Below, one piece after another: positions 29,201 to 37,973 of a stretch of 64,000 nucleotides of DNA. The notes under the pieces are model-generated. The model was not told the DNA's origin, did not search any database, and saw nothing but the letters and a program-made list of their open reading frames with translations. The DNA is taken from the NCBI GenBank assembly GCA_938041505.1, contig CALITC010000005.1:1106-65105 (forward strand). The letters are read 5' to 3'. This stretch comes from an uncultured Patescibacteria group bacterium (lineage in GTDB: Bacteria > Patescibacteriota > JACMRA01). Position 1 is the stretch's first letter; the number at the start of each line of letters is the position of its first letter. A program made the position numbers and the translations under genes.

Positions 29201-29692
29201 TGATCGATTAAAAAGATCTTCAGAGTAATCTCTTGTATTTTTAAATGTCTTTGCTGAACGGTTTGAGATACTATTTACTTTCTTATCTTTATTTAGGGTT
29301 TCATTAAATTGATAAGCTTGTTGTTGCACACTGTCTTCACTATATTGATTTTGTGTTTTTTCAGTTGTTGGATTTGATGTTAGATTCGAATCCTGCGAAA
29401 CTTCTTTATTTCCTGATATGAAATTATAGCCACTGGTAATAAGGCCTGCGCCCCATCTGAAGATGCCCGAATCACCTAAGTCCCAACTAAACTGAAGCTT
29501 GAGTGATTCGCTATTCTTTTTAACAACCTTAGGATCACCACCTTTTTGCTTTTTTCTAATTTCTTGACCGTATTTAATATGTTTTTCTTTTTCTGCTTTT
29601 CGTTTTTCAGCTATACTTGGCTTCCTTTTCTCCCTGTTATTCTGGAGGTTGTTATTCTTACCAATTTTTTTAATTCCTTCAAAAAAAGCCAT
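26246..29692 (-). CDS. Giant (1148 aa) modular coiled-coil protein of unknown function
   Basis: Two about 200-aa repeats (FLLGKNKFSNPALAEANLDTAIDFI...DPKWITRHP...ILPQLEDIGISVGIG / FILNNEQFSTPSQAFDNIEDAI...DPKWIKTAP...IIPQLQNSQFGLAYD) plus shorter [IL]P.[LF]...G[FY] modules. Confidence 0.7.
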   Translation of the reverse strand: MAFFEGIKKIGKNNNLQNNREKRKPSIAEKRKAEKEKHIKYGQEIRKKQKGGDPKVVKKNSESLKLQFSWDLGDSGIFRWGAGLITSGYNFISGNKEVSQDSNLTSNPTTEKTQNQYSEDSVQQQAYQFNETLNKDKKVNSISNRSAKTFKNTRDYSEDLFNRSYGKVESESDNKKFLLGKNKFSNPALAEANLDTAIDFIKRNQFTITEAKNARQDLISQSVKMEADLVDFEDDSNESLEIQSEISTIKDNIEAFDDRIEELEGTLSEEDVASFARMLVEKINDPKWITRHPTYQKDPQRSKELTKDIITNSILPQLEDIGISVGIGPLFKYKINPSEQTKSSPSYDVSIGEDEFKEAYAKYEEEAREKAKLEAEEKKAATEKLRQDPKFILNNEQFSTPSQAFDNIEDAIKSTDKINTQIQALSDKGKSLNEQISIIKQEISTIEQSENTDNNPFEEQSTDSVEQNSDKKSELENQLDTISDQLSANNNDLRQLDRTKRNFFKNLLSNIQDPKWIKTAPDSNTANQELLQEINHKYKGFLDQSLVAVEYNNTLIRDKIIPQLQNSQFGLAYDKDLKKFLVTTAPSAQSYVDFDGQEQKLGGYKNINYKPFKNQNDWSTIAEQEFAYKKQLKELNSITTKGGLDTIQDVDTLVENIRSYTERALNYPTGSNPVEGQSYEEYSRMKDFQAVMKSQDFQAELAALGFAIEDNTRLNNDGKAEFSYTVKSNPGEIVAYNNKPQEDIQAEYISEDYRQIEEMLNKHVDNLQSNLNARGVYMQRLQEIKDQQTMTESEYREAEGIRREIDVLDQMMIKNDKTFEKIAYTVVSDWNNTDRPITEKENQIIENSLIPALAQFGYNVEYNDETFEYKITSTPNSSIHNRAQQYNNDKLFESSPHNQLPPNNVEEDVQVVSLESGAKESSSNISEPDFRNLSEDETAKPIDGFGFVNDIAYGGNNGPTVIERSPEIEYTEVQELDEVNEEVEFARQDLIRPNAKQMEKRVEESAELFKNVPATVEEAQIIQQFIDLNVLPFVTKKGYTDKLILADRGFVPVTESSYNASNSVKLDLPIYGIADKQAAKIIENLLNTLPLAPRRLDSLSSSNISNKETYYAGRSDDGTYSLSTMNIPPKHAVVEASPLQTKPYGDVA

Positions 29693-29703
29693 ATAAAGCA
29701 GTA

Positions 29704-30000
29704 CTAAGATAGATTTTCTATCATTTTCAACAAGGATTGTTGGAATGCTTTGGTTGTTTCAGGAAATTTCTTTAAGATTGACGTGTCTCCGCTTGAAAAA
29801 GCTTGTTTGATTCTTATGGAGTCTTTTTTTGAATAGTTCTCTTCCATGTAGCTTCCAATATAGCCACTTACTAGATCAAGTACTTCTTTCATAACTTGTT
29901 CACGTTCTTCTACTGGATAATCCTCTAGTTCCTTACCTGTAACAAACCCGCATAGGGCGTTCAACATATCCTGTTGAGAAATGTTTTTATTTCTATTCAT
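29704..30000 (-). CDS. Hypothetical protein (98 aa)
   Basis: ORF 11 nt upstream of the giant gene on the same strand. No motif recognised. Confidence 0.5.
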   Translation of the reverse strand: MNRNKNISQQDMLNALCGFVTGKELEDYPVEEREQVMKEVLDLVSGYIGSYMEENYSKKDSIRIKQAFSSGDTSILKKFPETTKAFQQSLLKMIENLS

Positions 30001-30095
30001 ATAATGATAATTTTTTGTTTCCTAGTCAACCCAGCGGACACTCGAGTGACATTATTTTTGTGTATCTATAAAGTATACACTAATATATAGTTTCG

Positions 30096-30128
30096 TGCAA
30101 AATAAAATACCCCTTGCATAGGGTATTT
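30096..30128 (-). terminator. Rho-independent terminator of the 826-aa surface protein gene
   Basis: On the minus strand, AAATACCC/GGGTATTT 8-bp stem with an 8-nt loop, followed by TTATTTTGC, about 20 nt after the TAG stop. Confidence 0.6.
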
Positions 30129-30147
30129 ATGTGTATCTCACGTTATT

Positions 30148-32628
30148 CTATCGACCACCTGTTCTAATTAGTCCTTCAGAAGCAGTATCTTGAGGTACTG
30201 ATGGATTTCCTCCAGTTGCTCCGAATGGGAGACAAACTTCGGGAACGTCCACACCCGTATCGTTATTCAGTGCGTCTTCTAAGATATCATCACATACAAT
30301 CTCATCTCCGCTTTCGGGGTCGATCACTGGACCGGCTGAACCGAATGCCCCTGTGGTAAATCCAAAGTCAAATGAGTGATTATTAGCACCTGAAGCACCA
30401 GTAGTGAAGGCAGTTGTAACGAAGCTTCCATTAGGGATACCATCAGAGTCTATACCTTCGTCACTTGCGTCAGAGAGGGTAGGGGCATAGCCGTTTAGTG
30501 CCTCTTGAGTTGTGTCAATTCGAATCGAATAGTCTGTACGTAGTCCAAGATCTAAATTGTAGAGAGTGCTGGTAGAATCTTCGCCAACCCCACTGGAGAA
30601 GAGGTAGTGCCCGTTCTCATTGGTAGTAGCAGTTGCAACCAATTCACCATCTTTATTGAGTAATTCTACAGTTATCCCGGTCAAAGCTGGATCAGCTGGA
30701 TCTTGTTCACCATCTCGATCGTTATCAAACCAGACCCTGTTACCAATTTCAATTGGTGCTGCTGAGCAGAGCAATTCAATATCCCCAAGGCCGTTAGCTT
30801 TATCAAAGAAATCGAAACTTCTTGTTCCATCGACCAATCTATAAGACTGCTCCCATTGACCTGTCTCTGTATTAAACCATCTAAGTCCTTGATCTCGATA
30901 AGTATCTGTTTCGCCATCCTCATAATAGAATGGAATTGGGTTGTAGACACTTGAAATAAGGGATTCTCTATTTTGGTCATACGCAAGACTTCCTAATCCC
31001 AATTCTGCGTGTGTAGTTCGTTGTTGACCGTCAACATAATTATCACCAACGAAGAATTCATTCACTCCATCACTACCTGTGTTAGTAGGGCAGGAATCAT
31101 CAGAACCCTCAATTATCCATGTGCTACCTTGATCTCCGCATGCTTTTAGAATATCTCCAGCAGCTTCAGATTCGTAGATTGTAGGGTTAGATGTGTCAGT
31201 ACTAAATGCATGCCCAGCTTGATCTCCAAACCGATCTCTCAAACCAATTAGCATATTACCATTCTCATCAAATTCTATATCACTAAGCAAAGCTTGCGGC
31301 TTACTGGCAACACTCACATCAGAGTCATTACCTTGAGCTAATTCAAGTTCCACTTCATTCCAGTCATTAACCCATGCATTCCAGTTAGCAGACATTGGTG
31401 GTACAAACCAATTTGCTACACTCCCCCTCTCATAGCTTAATCCAAATTGCAAAACTGCATTTGTCTCGAATAAGCCTGTAGACGTATCAAACTTGTAGAC
31501 TTGTGCGGTGCTTCCGTCTTGGCATGTAGTTCCGACAAACAAAGAACCTGGTTGCGATCCTAACCCAAAAGCAGCACCTGAAGAAGCTCCACAATTATCT
31601 GGAATCGCTGTTGTGGATATAGTTTCTCCTGAAACTACGTCGATTGCATAAAGCTGCTGGTCAAAGAGGTTGACTGTGTAGAGGGTGTTAAGATCAGTAC
31701 TTATCTCCAAGTCTCCTAGACCTGATAACCCAACTTGATCAAATGAATACGGGTCATGAAGCCAGCAATCTTCAGTACTTTCTGGATTATACGCCGCTTG
31801 ACCGTCCACGATACATAAACCATCTTCATTCTCAAATTGAGAAGTAGGGTGGGTATCTACTCCTGCGTTAAGACTAGTAAGAACACTGGCTGTTCCAGAA
31901 TCTCGATCCACTTTATAAATTGCTCCTGTGCCTCCAGGGCCAAAACCAGTATGTCTCTTCATAAACGCTGAAACATAAATTGAGTTAGATGAAGGGTCAT
32001 GGGCTAATCCATAAGTAGAACCGATTTCAGACGCAGGGACCATCAAGTCGTGAGCAGTTGGGTTGCTATAGCTGGCAATTGTTGCCGCGTCTGGCGTGAG
32101 AGAGCTTTCGCCAGCTGACCCATCGATATCTACAAGAGCAGGGTCGTTAGTTAGTCGGCCATCATCGGTTTGTTTCCCCGCAACGAAACAGGTAATAGCA
32201 ATATCTGGATTATTACCACAGAAATCACTTGGTATGTGTAGTCCAAAATCTTGAACGTTTTCGCTGGTTGTCAAAAATCGCACACTGCTTGATGACCCAT
32301 TGTCTACACTTGGTGCATAGCCCATAGCTGCAAAATCTTCTATCTGCAATCTGTAATCACCAGCTTCAACATTAAAAGTGTAGCTTCCATTCAAGTCGCT
32401 AGTTGTTTCTGCAACCAGTCCTCCTGCATTATATATTGAGACTTGGATATCACCAATTCCAGACTCTCCATTATCAAAAACTCCATTCAAATTACTATCA
32501 TTGAAGACCGAGCCGCTTATGTTCTCTAGCGCGAGTCCTTCAAAACTAAAAAGCATAAAAGCGAGAGGAGCTAACATTATTCCTCCAATTAATTTCTTCC
32601 TAAACATATCTATTTTTTTTATTAACAC
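30148..32628 (-). CDS. Secreted surface protein with SdrD-B/Cna-B-like domains at both ends and a central beta-propeller-like region; ends in LIRTGGR
   Basis: Signal peptide. GSVFNDSNLNGVFDNGESGIGDIQVSIYN..GSYTF and GNRVWFDNDRDGEQDP..LTGITVELLNKDGE..NGHYLF are SdrD B-like repeats. C-terminus ...ASEGLIRTGGR then TAG. Confidence 0.75.
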   Translation of the reverse strand: MLIKKIDMFRKKLIGGIMLAPLAFMLFSFEGLALENISGSVFNDSNLNGVFDNGESGIGDIQVSIYNAGGLVAETTSDLNGSYTFNVEAGDYRLQIEDFAAMGYAPSVDNGSSSSVRFLTTSENVQDFGLHIPSDFCGNNPDIAITCFVAGKQTDDGRLTNDPALVDIDGSAGESSLTPDAATIASYSNPTAHDLMVPASEIGSTYGLAHDPSSNSIYVSAFMKRHTGFGPGGTGAIYKVDRDSGTASVLTSLNAGVDTHPTSQFENEDGLCIVDGQAAYNPESTEDCWLHDPYSFDQVGLSGLGDLEISTDLNTLYTVNLFDQQLYAIDVVSGETISTTAIPDNCGASSGAAFGLGSQPGSLFVGTTCQDGSTAQVYKFDTSTGLFETNAVLQFGLSYERGSVANWFVPPMSANWNAWVNDWNEVELELAQGNDSDVSVASKPQALLSDIEFDENGNMLIGLRDRFGDQAGHAFSTDTSNPTIYESEAAGDILKACGDQGSTWIIEGSDDSCPTNTGSDGVNEFFVGDNYVDGQQRTTHAELGLGSLAYDQNRESLISSVYNPIPFYYEDGETDTYRDQGLRWFNTETGQWEQSYRLVDGTRSFDFFDKANGLGDIELLCSAAPIEIGNRVWFDNDRDGEQDPADPALTGITVELLNKDGELVATATTNENGHYLFSSGVGEDSTSTLYNLDLGLRTDYSIRIDTTQEALNGYAPTLSDASDEGIDSDGIPNGSFVTTAFTTGASGANNHSFDFGFTTGAFGSAGPVIDPESGDEIVCDDILEDALNNDTGVDVPEVCLPFGATGGNPSVPQDTASEGLIRTGGR

Positions 32629-32736
32629 TGTATTTTAAAAACTTTATCATAACCTTATCTTCCTTATTAAAACCTTTTTAAATATCGTGTCAAGCAAAAA
32701 ACGAAGTCAAAAATCATCTCTGCCGATGTAGTTCAA

Positions 32737-33882
32737 TCATACTCTCCAATTAACAATTAGTGATGAATGGTCAATATCGCCAAAAGGTTCTGGTTCAATT
32801 CGAGTGACTAAGCAATCAATGTCGGTTATTGCTAAGTCAAGTAGCCACCGAGCCTCAATTTTGTTTAGTAAAAAGTTGAAAAAATTGGGTGCGTAATCTG
32901 ATAGTTTTATGTTAATTGTGGATTGATAAGTTCCGTCTAAGTTTGCGATTCGGTAATGGGATTTTTTAAGAAGTCTGGATAATTGAGCTCTTTCGAGATA
33001 ATGAGGAATATTTTTATGGGTAAGAAGTGCAGATACTGCATTTTTTAAGAAGCCGTAGGGAATAGCACTTAATCCGAATCCAGAGTTCAGGGTATTGCTA
33101 CCATAGATATTCATATCTCCAGTCATCAAAAAGGAATTATGTGTATCATGACGCATGGTTGAGCTTACAATACTCTCCAATCGTTCTTTCTTTCGGCTAA
33201 TCGGTGAGATATAGGTGTTGGCCATGGTAATCCTTTTCTTACCGCACTCTATATCATAGAAAAGTGTAGAATTAAAAAGAAGCATATCCGAAGCTTGAAA
33301 ATGAGATTGATAATGGTTAACCTTAGGTATTCCAGTTTGGTGGAATAGTAAGCGAAAATTCCCCAATGAAATCTTCTTCTTACTAAGCACCAGCAACCCA
33401 CTGTCCTGTGAACCGTGAAAACGATGTTTCAAAAATATATGCGGTACAAAAACGTAGTTGTAAGCACCCTCCATGCACAGCTCCCTTATATATTTTTTCT
33501 CGAGCGGGAAGTCTTGGAAGTGTACAATATCAAAATCGTGAGATGCGATATATTTCTTGAGCTTTGGTAACAGAATATTCTCTTGAGTCCCTCTGTCTAA
33601 ATCATCAAAAGCATTCGAGTCCACACCAAAACCTCCGACATTCAAAGAAAGTAATTTAAAAAATTGTTGATCATTACGTTTATCGAACCGCTCGATATCT
33701 ATATTTGAAAAGCCCACTTGCATCCCTTTCCAAGTAAGTGTGTCAGATTCTATCTGAAGTTCAATTAAATTGTCCTTACCGGCCTTTAAATATGTCTTTA
33801 ATAATTGCGAGAGTACTGGATGGTTGTATTCTTCGAGGAGGTTCTGTAACTCTCTTTCGTCAAAAGTGTTTGGTGGATTCAT
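32737..33882 (-). CDS. Endonuclease/exonuclease/phosphatase (EEP) family protein, divergent
   Basis: DIVHFQDFP (QE-like), LMTGDMNIYGS (GDFN-like) and GDIDHSSLIVNW (SDH-like) occur in the EEP order. Confidence 0.55.
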   Translation of the reverse strand: MNPPNTFDERELQNLLEEYNHPVLSQLLKTYLKAGKDNLIELQIESDTLTWKGMQVGFSNIDIERFDKRNDQQFFKLLSLNVGGFGVDSNAFDDLDRGTQENILLPKLKKYIASHDFDIVHFQDFPLEKKYIRELCMEGAYNYVFVPHIFLKHRFHGSQDSGLLVLSKKKISLGNFRLLFHQTGIPKVNHYQSHFQASDMLLFNSTLFYDIECGKKRITMANTYISPISRKKERLESIVSSTMRHDTHNSFLMTGDMNIYGSNTLNSGFGLSAIPYGFLKNAVSALLTHKNIPHYLERAQLSRLLKKSHYRIANLDGTYQSTINIKLSDYAPNFFNFLLNKIEARWLLDLAITDIDCLVTRIEPEPFGDIDHSSLIVNWRV

Positions 33883-33909
33883 AGTATAATATAATCCAGG
33901 TTTCGTCTT

Positions 33910-35184
33910 CTATCCTAAAAGAGAATTAATCTCGAGAAGCCGATTGTACTTAGCAACTCGCTCCCCCCTTGCAGGAGCCCCAAGCTTAATATACTCACTT
34001 TGAGAGCTGAAAGCTAAATCACTAATAAAGTCATCAACGGTTTCTCCAGAACGGTGACTGACTGCGGTCACATAATTATTCTCTTTTGCTAGATTAATCA
34101 TTTCGCATGTCTCTTTTACTGATCCGATCTGGTTGAGCTTAATCAATACCCCGTTGGCAATATTGTTATCTAAGCCTACTGCCTTGAATCGTTGCGGGTT
34201 AGTTACAAATAGATCGTCGCCAATGAGCTTAATTTTATCGGCAAGTGATTCGGTCATAATTTCCCAACCCAAAAAATCATCTTCACTAAATCCATCTTCG
34301 ATAGCAATTATATTGTAATTATCTACCAGCTTAGTATACGTTTCTGCTAGCGCAGCTCTAGTTATTTTGGCTCCATCCAAATTGTAAAGCTCGGTCTCCA
34401 CATCGTAGAATTCTGTAGCAGCGACATCCATAGCCAGGGCGCATCGATCTGCATAACCTGCTTTTTCGATAGCCTTTTGGAGATAGAGCAGGGCTTCTTC
34501 GGATGGCGATTTTTCACCTGCTTCCAACGTTGGAGCAAATCCACCTTCATCTCCAAGGGCGGTAGAACAACCATCGCCTGCTAGAGAATTTTTGAGAGTA
34601 TGGTAAATTTCACTAGCGCTTTGTACATCTTGTTGAATATCTCCAGTATTCGGCACAACCATAAACTCCTGAATACTCAAACCGTTATCGGCGTGCGAAC
34701 CACCATTAAGCACATTACACATGAGCTTAGGAAAGTGAGCAGTGTTGGGCCTATCAGAGAAATACAGCCGTCGCAAATACTGCCATAATTCTAAACCAGA
34801 AAGTGTCGCATATGCTCTATGTACCGCCATTGAGACAGCCAATACAGCATTTGCGCCAAGCATACTTTTATTTTCAGAGGTATCCAAAGAGAGCACAAGA
34901 GTATCTACGTCTACAGCAGAGCCAAAATCTCGTCCAACAAGGTTATCTGTAATATGGGTATTAACATTTTCGACAGCTTTTTCGACACCTTTACCATGGA
35001 ATTTGCTTTGGTCCCCGTCGCGTAGCTCTAAGGCCTCATGCGACCCTGTAGAAGCCCCAGAAGGTACGCTTGCAGATCCTGAAACCTTTCTTCCTTGTTG
35101 ATCCAACTCCACTTCACAAGTAACAGTAGGTAGACCTCGTGAGTCCAAAATCCAGCGTGCTTTAACAGAAGAAACTATAGCCAT
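33910..35184 (-). CDS. eno: Enolase (phosphopyruvate hydratase)
   Basis: ARWILDSRGLPTVTCEVEL, SGASTGSHEALELRDGD, IKLNQIGSVKET, VSHRSGETVDDFISDLA. ATG at 35184 gives the canonical N-terminus. Confidence 0.95.
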   Translation of the reverse strand: MAIVSSVKARWILDSRGLPTVTCEVELDQQGRKVSGSASVPSGASTGSHEALELRDGDQSKFHGKGVEKAVENVNTHITDNLVGRDFGSAVDVDTLVLSLDTSENKSMLGANAVLAVSMAVHRAYATLSGLELWQYLRRLYFSDRPNTAHFPKLMCNVLNGGSHADNGLSIQEFMVVPNTGDIQQDVQSASEIYHTLKNSLAGDGCSTALGDEGGFAPTLEAGEKSPSEEALLYLQKAIEKAGYADRCALAMDVAATEFYDVETELYNLDGAKITRAALAETYTKLVDNYNIIAIEDGFSEDDFLGWEIMTESLADKIKLIGDDLFVTNPQRFKAVGLDNNIANGVLIKLNQIGSVKETCEMINLAKENNYVTAVSHRSGETVDDFISDLAFSSQSEYIKLGAPARGERVAKYNRLLEINSLLG

Positions 35185-35258
35185 ATGTAATAAATTATAC
35201 CTAAAACAAAACACAAAACCTCCAACCTGTCGAGCAAAATAGTATTTTATATAGTCGG

Positions 35259-35723
35259 TTATTGGTGGTGACTATCTACAGCATCTCGCTCCCAACCCTG
35301 CAATATCTGCATACTATTGCGAAATCCTTGTCTCGAAATATAGTTTAGGATTTTTGATTTGAGCTTGAAATCTAGATCGGCAAACGATTCAAGTTTATAC
35401 TTATGCTGAACCTTAGCTTTAAAGTTATCATCAACTTCAAATTCAACTCCATCGAGCTCTTGTTCGATAATTGATTCGGGGACTTTGCGTCTTCGAAGTT
35501 TTTGAGTAATCCAAAAATAACCCTTTTGACCTTTGTAGGTGTGTAAGGCTGTTTCAACAAAACGATGATCGTCGACATAATTCATCTCTTTCAGGCTAGC
35601 AATAGCCGCCTTTGTCTCGGCCCCTGAATAGCCTTTATCAAGAGCCTTATCAATAAGCTCCTGCGAAGTGTAATCCCGCTTAGCTAATATGTATATAAAA
35701 TAATTAAGAACTTTTTGGGCCAT
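35259..35723 (-). CDS. recX: RecX-family regulatory protein
   Basis: 154 aa helical-repeat protein: YILAKRDYTSQELIDKALDKGYS, ..MNYVDDHRFVETALH.., the typical RecX repeats. Confidence 0.75.
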   Translation of the reverse strand: MAQKVLNYFIYILAKRDYTSQELIDKALDKGYSGAETKAAIASLKEMNYVDDHRFVETALHTYKGQKGYFWITQKLRRRKVPESIIEQELDGVEFEVDDNFKAKVQHKYKLESFADLDFKLKSKILNYISRQGFRNSMQILQGWERDAVDSHHQ

Positions 35724-35930
35724 AGTGTTGATAGTTTATTCCATAATACAGCCTCAAATATTCAGTTTTGTCAATATTTACCAAGGTAAGCTTGGAATCA
35801 ACTTCAAGTATTTGTAATCACAGCTACGTGTTTTGTAGGGGTGTTAGATAAGGCATAAAAGTTTATATCGGAAATCGCATGAGAGATTCAATACTTGACC
35901 TTAGAGTATTTATGATACAAAGTAAGTTCA

Positions 35931-37337
35931 ATGTTCCCAGCAAAACCCAAAAACTTTGTTCACATTATTCTCCTTGCTGTGTATGGTGTTTTTCTTGTCT
36001 ATGTATCCAGCTTGCTTAGTAGTTATCATATCGACGAAGGGTTTCAGTTGTTGTTGTCTCAGCTGCGCTTTGGCCAAATAATCAGTGCCACAGGAATGGA
36101 TGCACACCCTCCTCTTTATTCTGTTCTTCTTGGGGCTTGGCTGAAGATATTTGGCAGCACGCTTTTCTCAGCACGTAGCTTATCGATAGTGTTTTCTTTG
36201 GTAAGTGCATGTCTATTTTACAAGCTATTGAGACTAAAATTAGGGGAGCGATCATCAATATTTGGTACGATTGTCTATGTAACTTTTCCTCAAATTGTTG
36301 TGTATGGTTTTGTTGCTCGCAATTATGCCCTTTTATTATTACTGATTAACACAACCTTCTATTTGCTCTTTAAAAATTGGTCTAAGAATTTAACCAACCT
36401 AGATATAGGATTATTAGCAGCTTCTCAACTGGCTTTGCTCTATACCCACAATCTTGGTCTGGTGCTATTTGTTCTGATACAAGTAATGATTTTATTAACA
36501 AAATCTAAGTGGACTAGACTCATGCCATATTTGAAAGTTGCAGCAATTACTGCGCTTTTCTACGCCCCATGGGGTCAGGTGCTGTACGGACAGATCGCAA
36601 CTAAAGCCAACGAAGCAGGATGGTTGGGGTTTTATCCGCACGAAGCATTGCGCGATTTTGGCTTTACACTTGCACCTTTATACAAGCAAGGTGAATGGGT
36701 TTTTGCTGTAGTCTATGCCGGAATCTTGTATGGCATAACTACCAAAGTATGGCGCAAAAATCGATCGCCTTATGCCAAGACTGTGGCAGTTTATACAATA
36801 CTGTTGATGGTAATGATGTTTGTGCTTTCTTTTGTTTCTCCACTCTTCTATTATAGATATCTAATGATTACACTGCCTTTGCTAGCATATCTAGTAGCTC
36901 ATAGCTTACCGCTAAAAAAAGAGTTTGGTATACTGGCCTCGGTCGCGATAGTTGTTGCAAATCTTGTTTTCTTAAACTCTGTAACTCAGAGTATGGATGG
37001 TTCGGAGTTTTATAATGTGGAAGACCATCTGGCATCTAGTGAACTATCGAGTGTCATCATCATAGACTCTCCAGCATATTTTTATCAGCTCAAGCATGCC
37101 GGTTACACAAATCTCCATCTTTTCGATCCGCAAAAAGACAGTTTTTCGTGGTCCGGAGTTTCGATACTAGAGCCCGAAGACTATTTACGCAACAGCGATC
37201 TAACCCGCTCCAAAATCCAATATATCGATGTCGCAGGCAGAGAATTTGCCGACCACTTCTTCGATAGAGGCTACGAAATCACCGATAATAATGCCACAAA
37301 AAAAGCTAACATCTATGTGTTGACCAGGTTCGAGTAA
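35931..37337 (+). CDS. GT39/GT-C family (ArnT/PMT-like) membrane glycosyltransferase
   Basis: About 11 TM spans, first-loop acidic motif HIDEGFQ, HPPLY, and a soluble C-terminal domain. Confidence 0.7.
   Translation: MFPAKPKNFVHIILLAVYGVFLVYVSSLLSSYHIDEGFQLLLSQLRFGQIISATGMDAHPPLYSVLLGAWLKIFGSTLFSARSLSIVFSLVSACLFYKLLRLKLGERSSIFGTIVYVTFPQIVVYGFVARNYALLLLLINTTFYLLFKNWSKNLTNLDIGLLAASQLALLYTHNLGLVLFVLIQVMILLTKSKWTRLMPYLKVAAITALFYAPWGQVLYGQIATKANEAGWLGFYPHEALRDFGFTLAPLYKQGEWVFAVVYAGILYGITTKVWRKNRSPYAKTVAVYTILLMVMMFVLSFVSPLFYYRYLMITLPLLAYLVAHSLPLKKEFGILASVAIVVANLVFLNSVTQSMDGSEFYNVEDHLASSELSSVIIIDSPAYFYQLKHAGYTNLHLFDPQKDSFSWSGVSILEPEDYLRNSDLTRSKIQYIDVAGREFADHFFDRGYEITDNNATKKANIYVLTRFE
37197..37282 (+). 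repeat. Direct repeat copy A (3' end of the GT39 gene), 84/86 identical to 37801-37886
   Basis: By-eye alignment: GATCTAACCCGCTCCAAAATCC...GAAATCAC versus GATCTAAGCCGCTCC...GAAATCAC, with two mismatches. Homology continues, more diverged, to each reading frame end. Confidence 0.85.
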
Positions 37338-37450
37338 TAGCCTTGGAATTAGGAATGAGGTCTAATGATACATCAGAAAAATAAGACCAAAAAAATAGAC
37401 ACTATAAATAGCATCTATACAATTATTCAAATAATTGAGATTATAATAAT

Positions 37451-37699
37451 CTAAGAAACAAGAAACACCGGCCTATGTCTGGTTAGTCGAAGCCCAGCTG
37501 TGGCGTAGGCATTTGTGCCACAACGGACTGGTGCTGTAACACCTTTCTCATTGAGCCACTGTTGGAACTCATCAGCTCCAAAAGATTTCGGGACATTTCC
37601 CAAAAATATCTCACCTGGTCTTAGTTCGATATGATTTTCATTATCACGTACTAGAACAATGTTATTAAGCTGTTTTTGAATATCAGTAGTAGGGGGCAT
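37451..37699 (-). CDS. Hypothetical protein (82 aa) carried between the two repeat copies
   Basis: ORF MPPTTDIQKQLNNIVLVRDNENHIELRPGEIFLG... No motif recognised. It is the only ORF inside the 604-bp repeat unit. Confidence 0.45.
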   Translation of the reverse strand: MPPTTDIQKQLNNIVLVRDNENHIELRPGEIFLGNVPKSFGADEFQQWLNEKGVTAPVRCGTNAYATAGLRLTRHRPVFLVS

Positions 37700-37800
37700 T
37701 GATGTCCTCTTGAATTTGAATTTTCATATGTTAACATACAAAATATTAACTGTCAATAATATTTTTTTAAAACCTACTACCAATTTCTGAGAGCTAAACG

Positions 37801-37940
37801 GATCTAAGCCGCTCCAAAATCCAATATATCGATGTCGCAGGCAGAGAATTTGCAGACCACTTCTTCGATAGAGGCTACGAAATCACGGATAAAAAAGACA
37901 CCCGCAAAGCAAATGTCTATGTCTTGAGTAAATTCAAATT
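37801..37940 (+). pseudogene. Orphan 3' fragment of a GT39 glycosyltransferase gene (displaced C-terminus)
   Basis: Encodes DLSRSKIQYIDVAGREFADHFFDRGYEITDKKDTRKANVYVLSKFK, versus the intact gene end DLTRSKIQYIDVAGREFADHFFDRGYEITDNNATKKANIYVLTRFE. An in-frame TAA lies immediately upstream (37795-37797). Confidence 0.7.
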
Positions 37941-37973
37941 ATACATAAGTAAATTATATGCTATAATTACAGT

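Noticed and set aside
30148-30168. Reading the C-terminal ...RTGG as a ubiquitin-like Gly-Gly conjugation end (compare LRLRGG).
   Set aside because: The proteins are large and signal-peptide-bearing with adhesin domains. The third family member has a classical TM plus basic tail after the same motif, which favours a sorting-signal interpretation.
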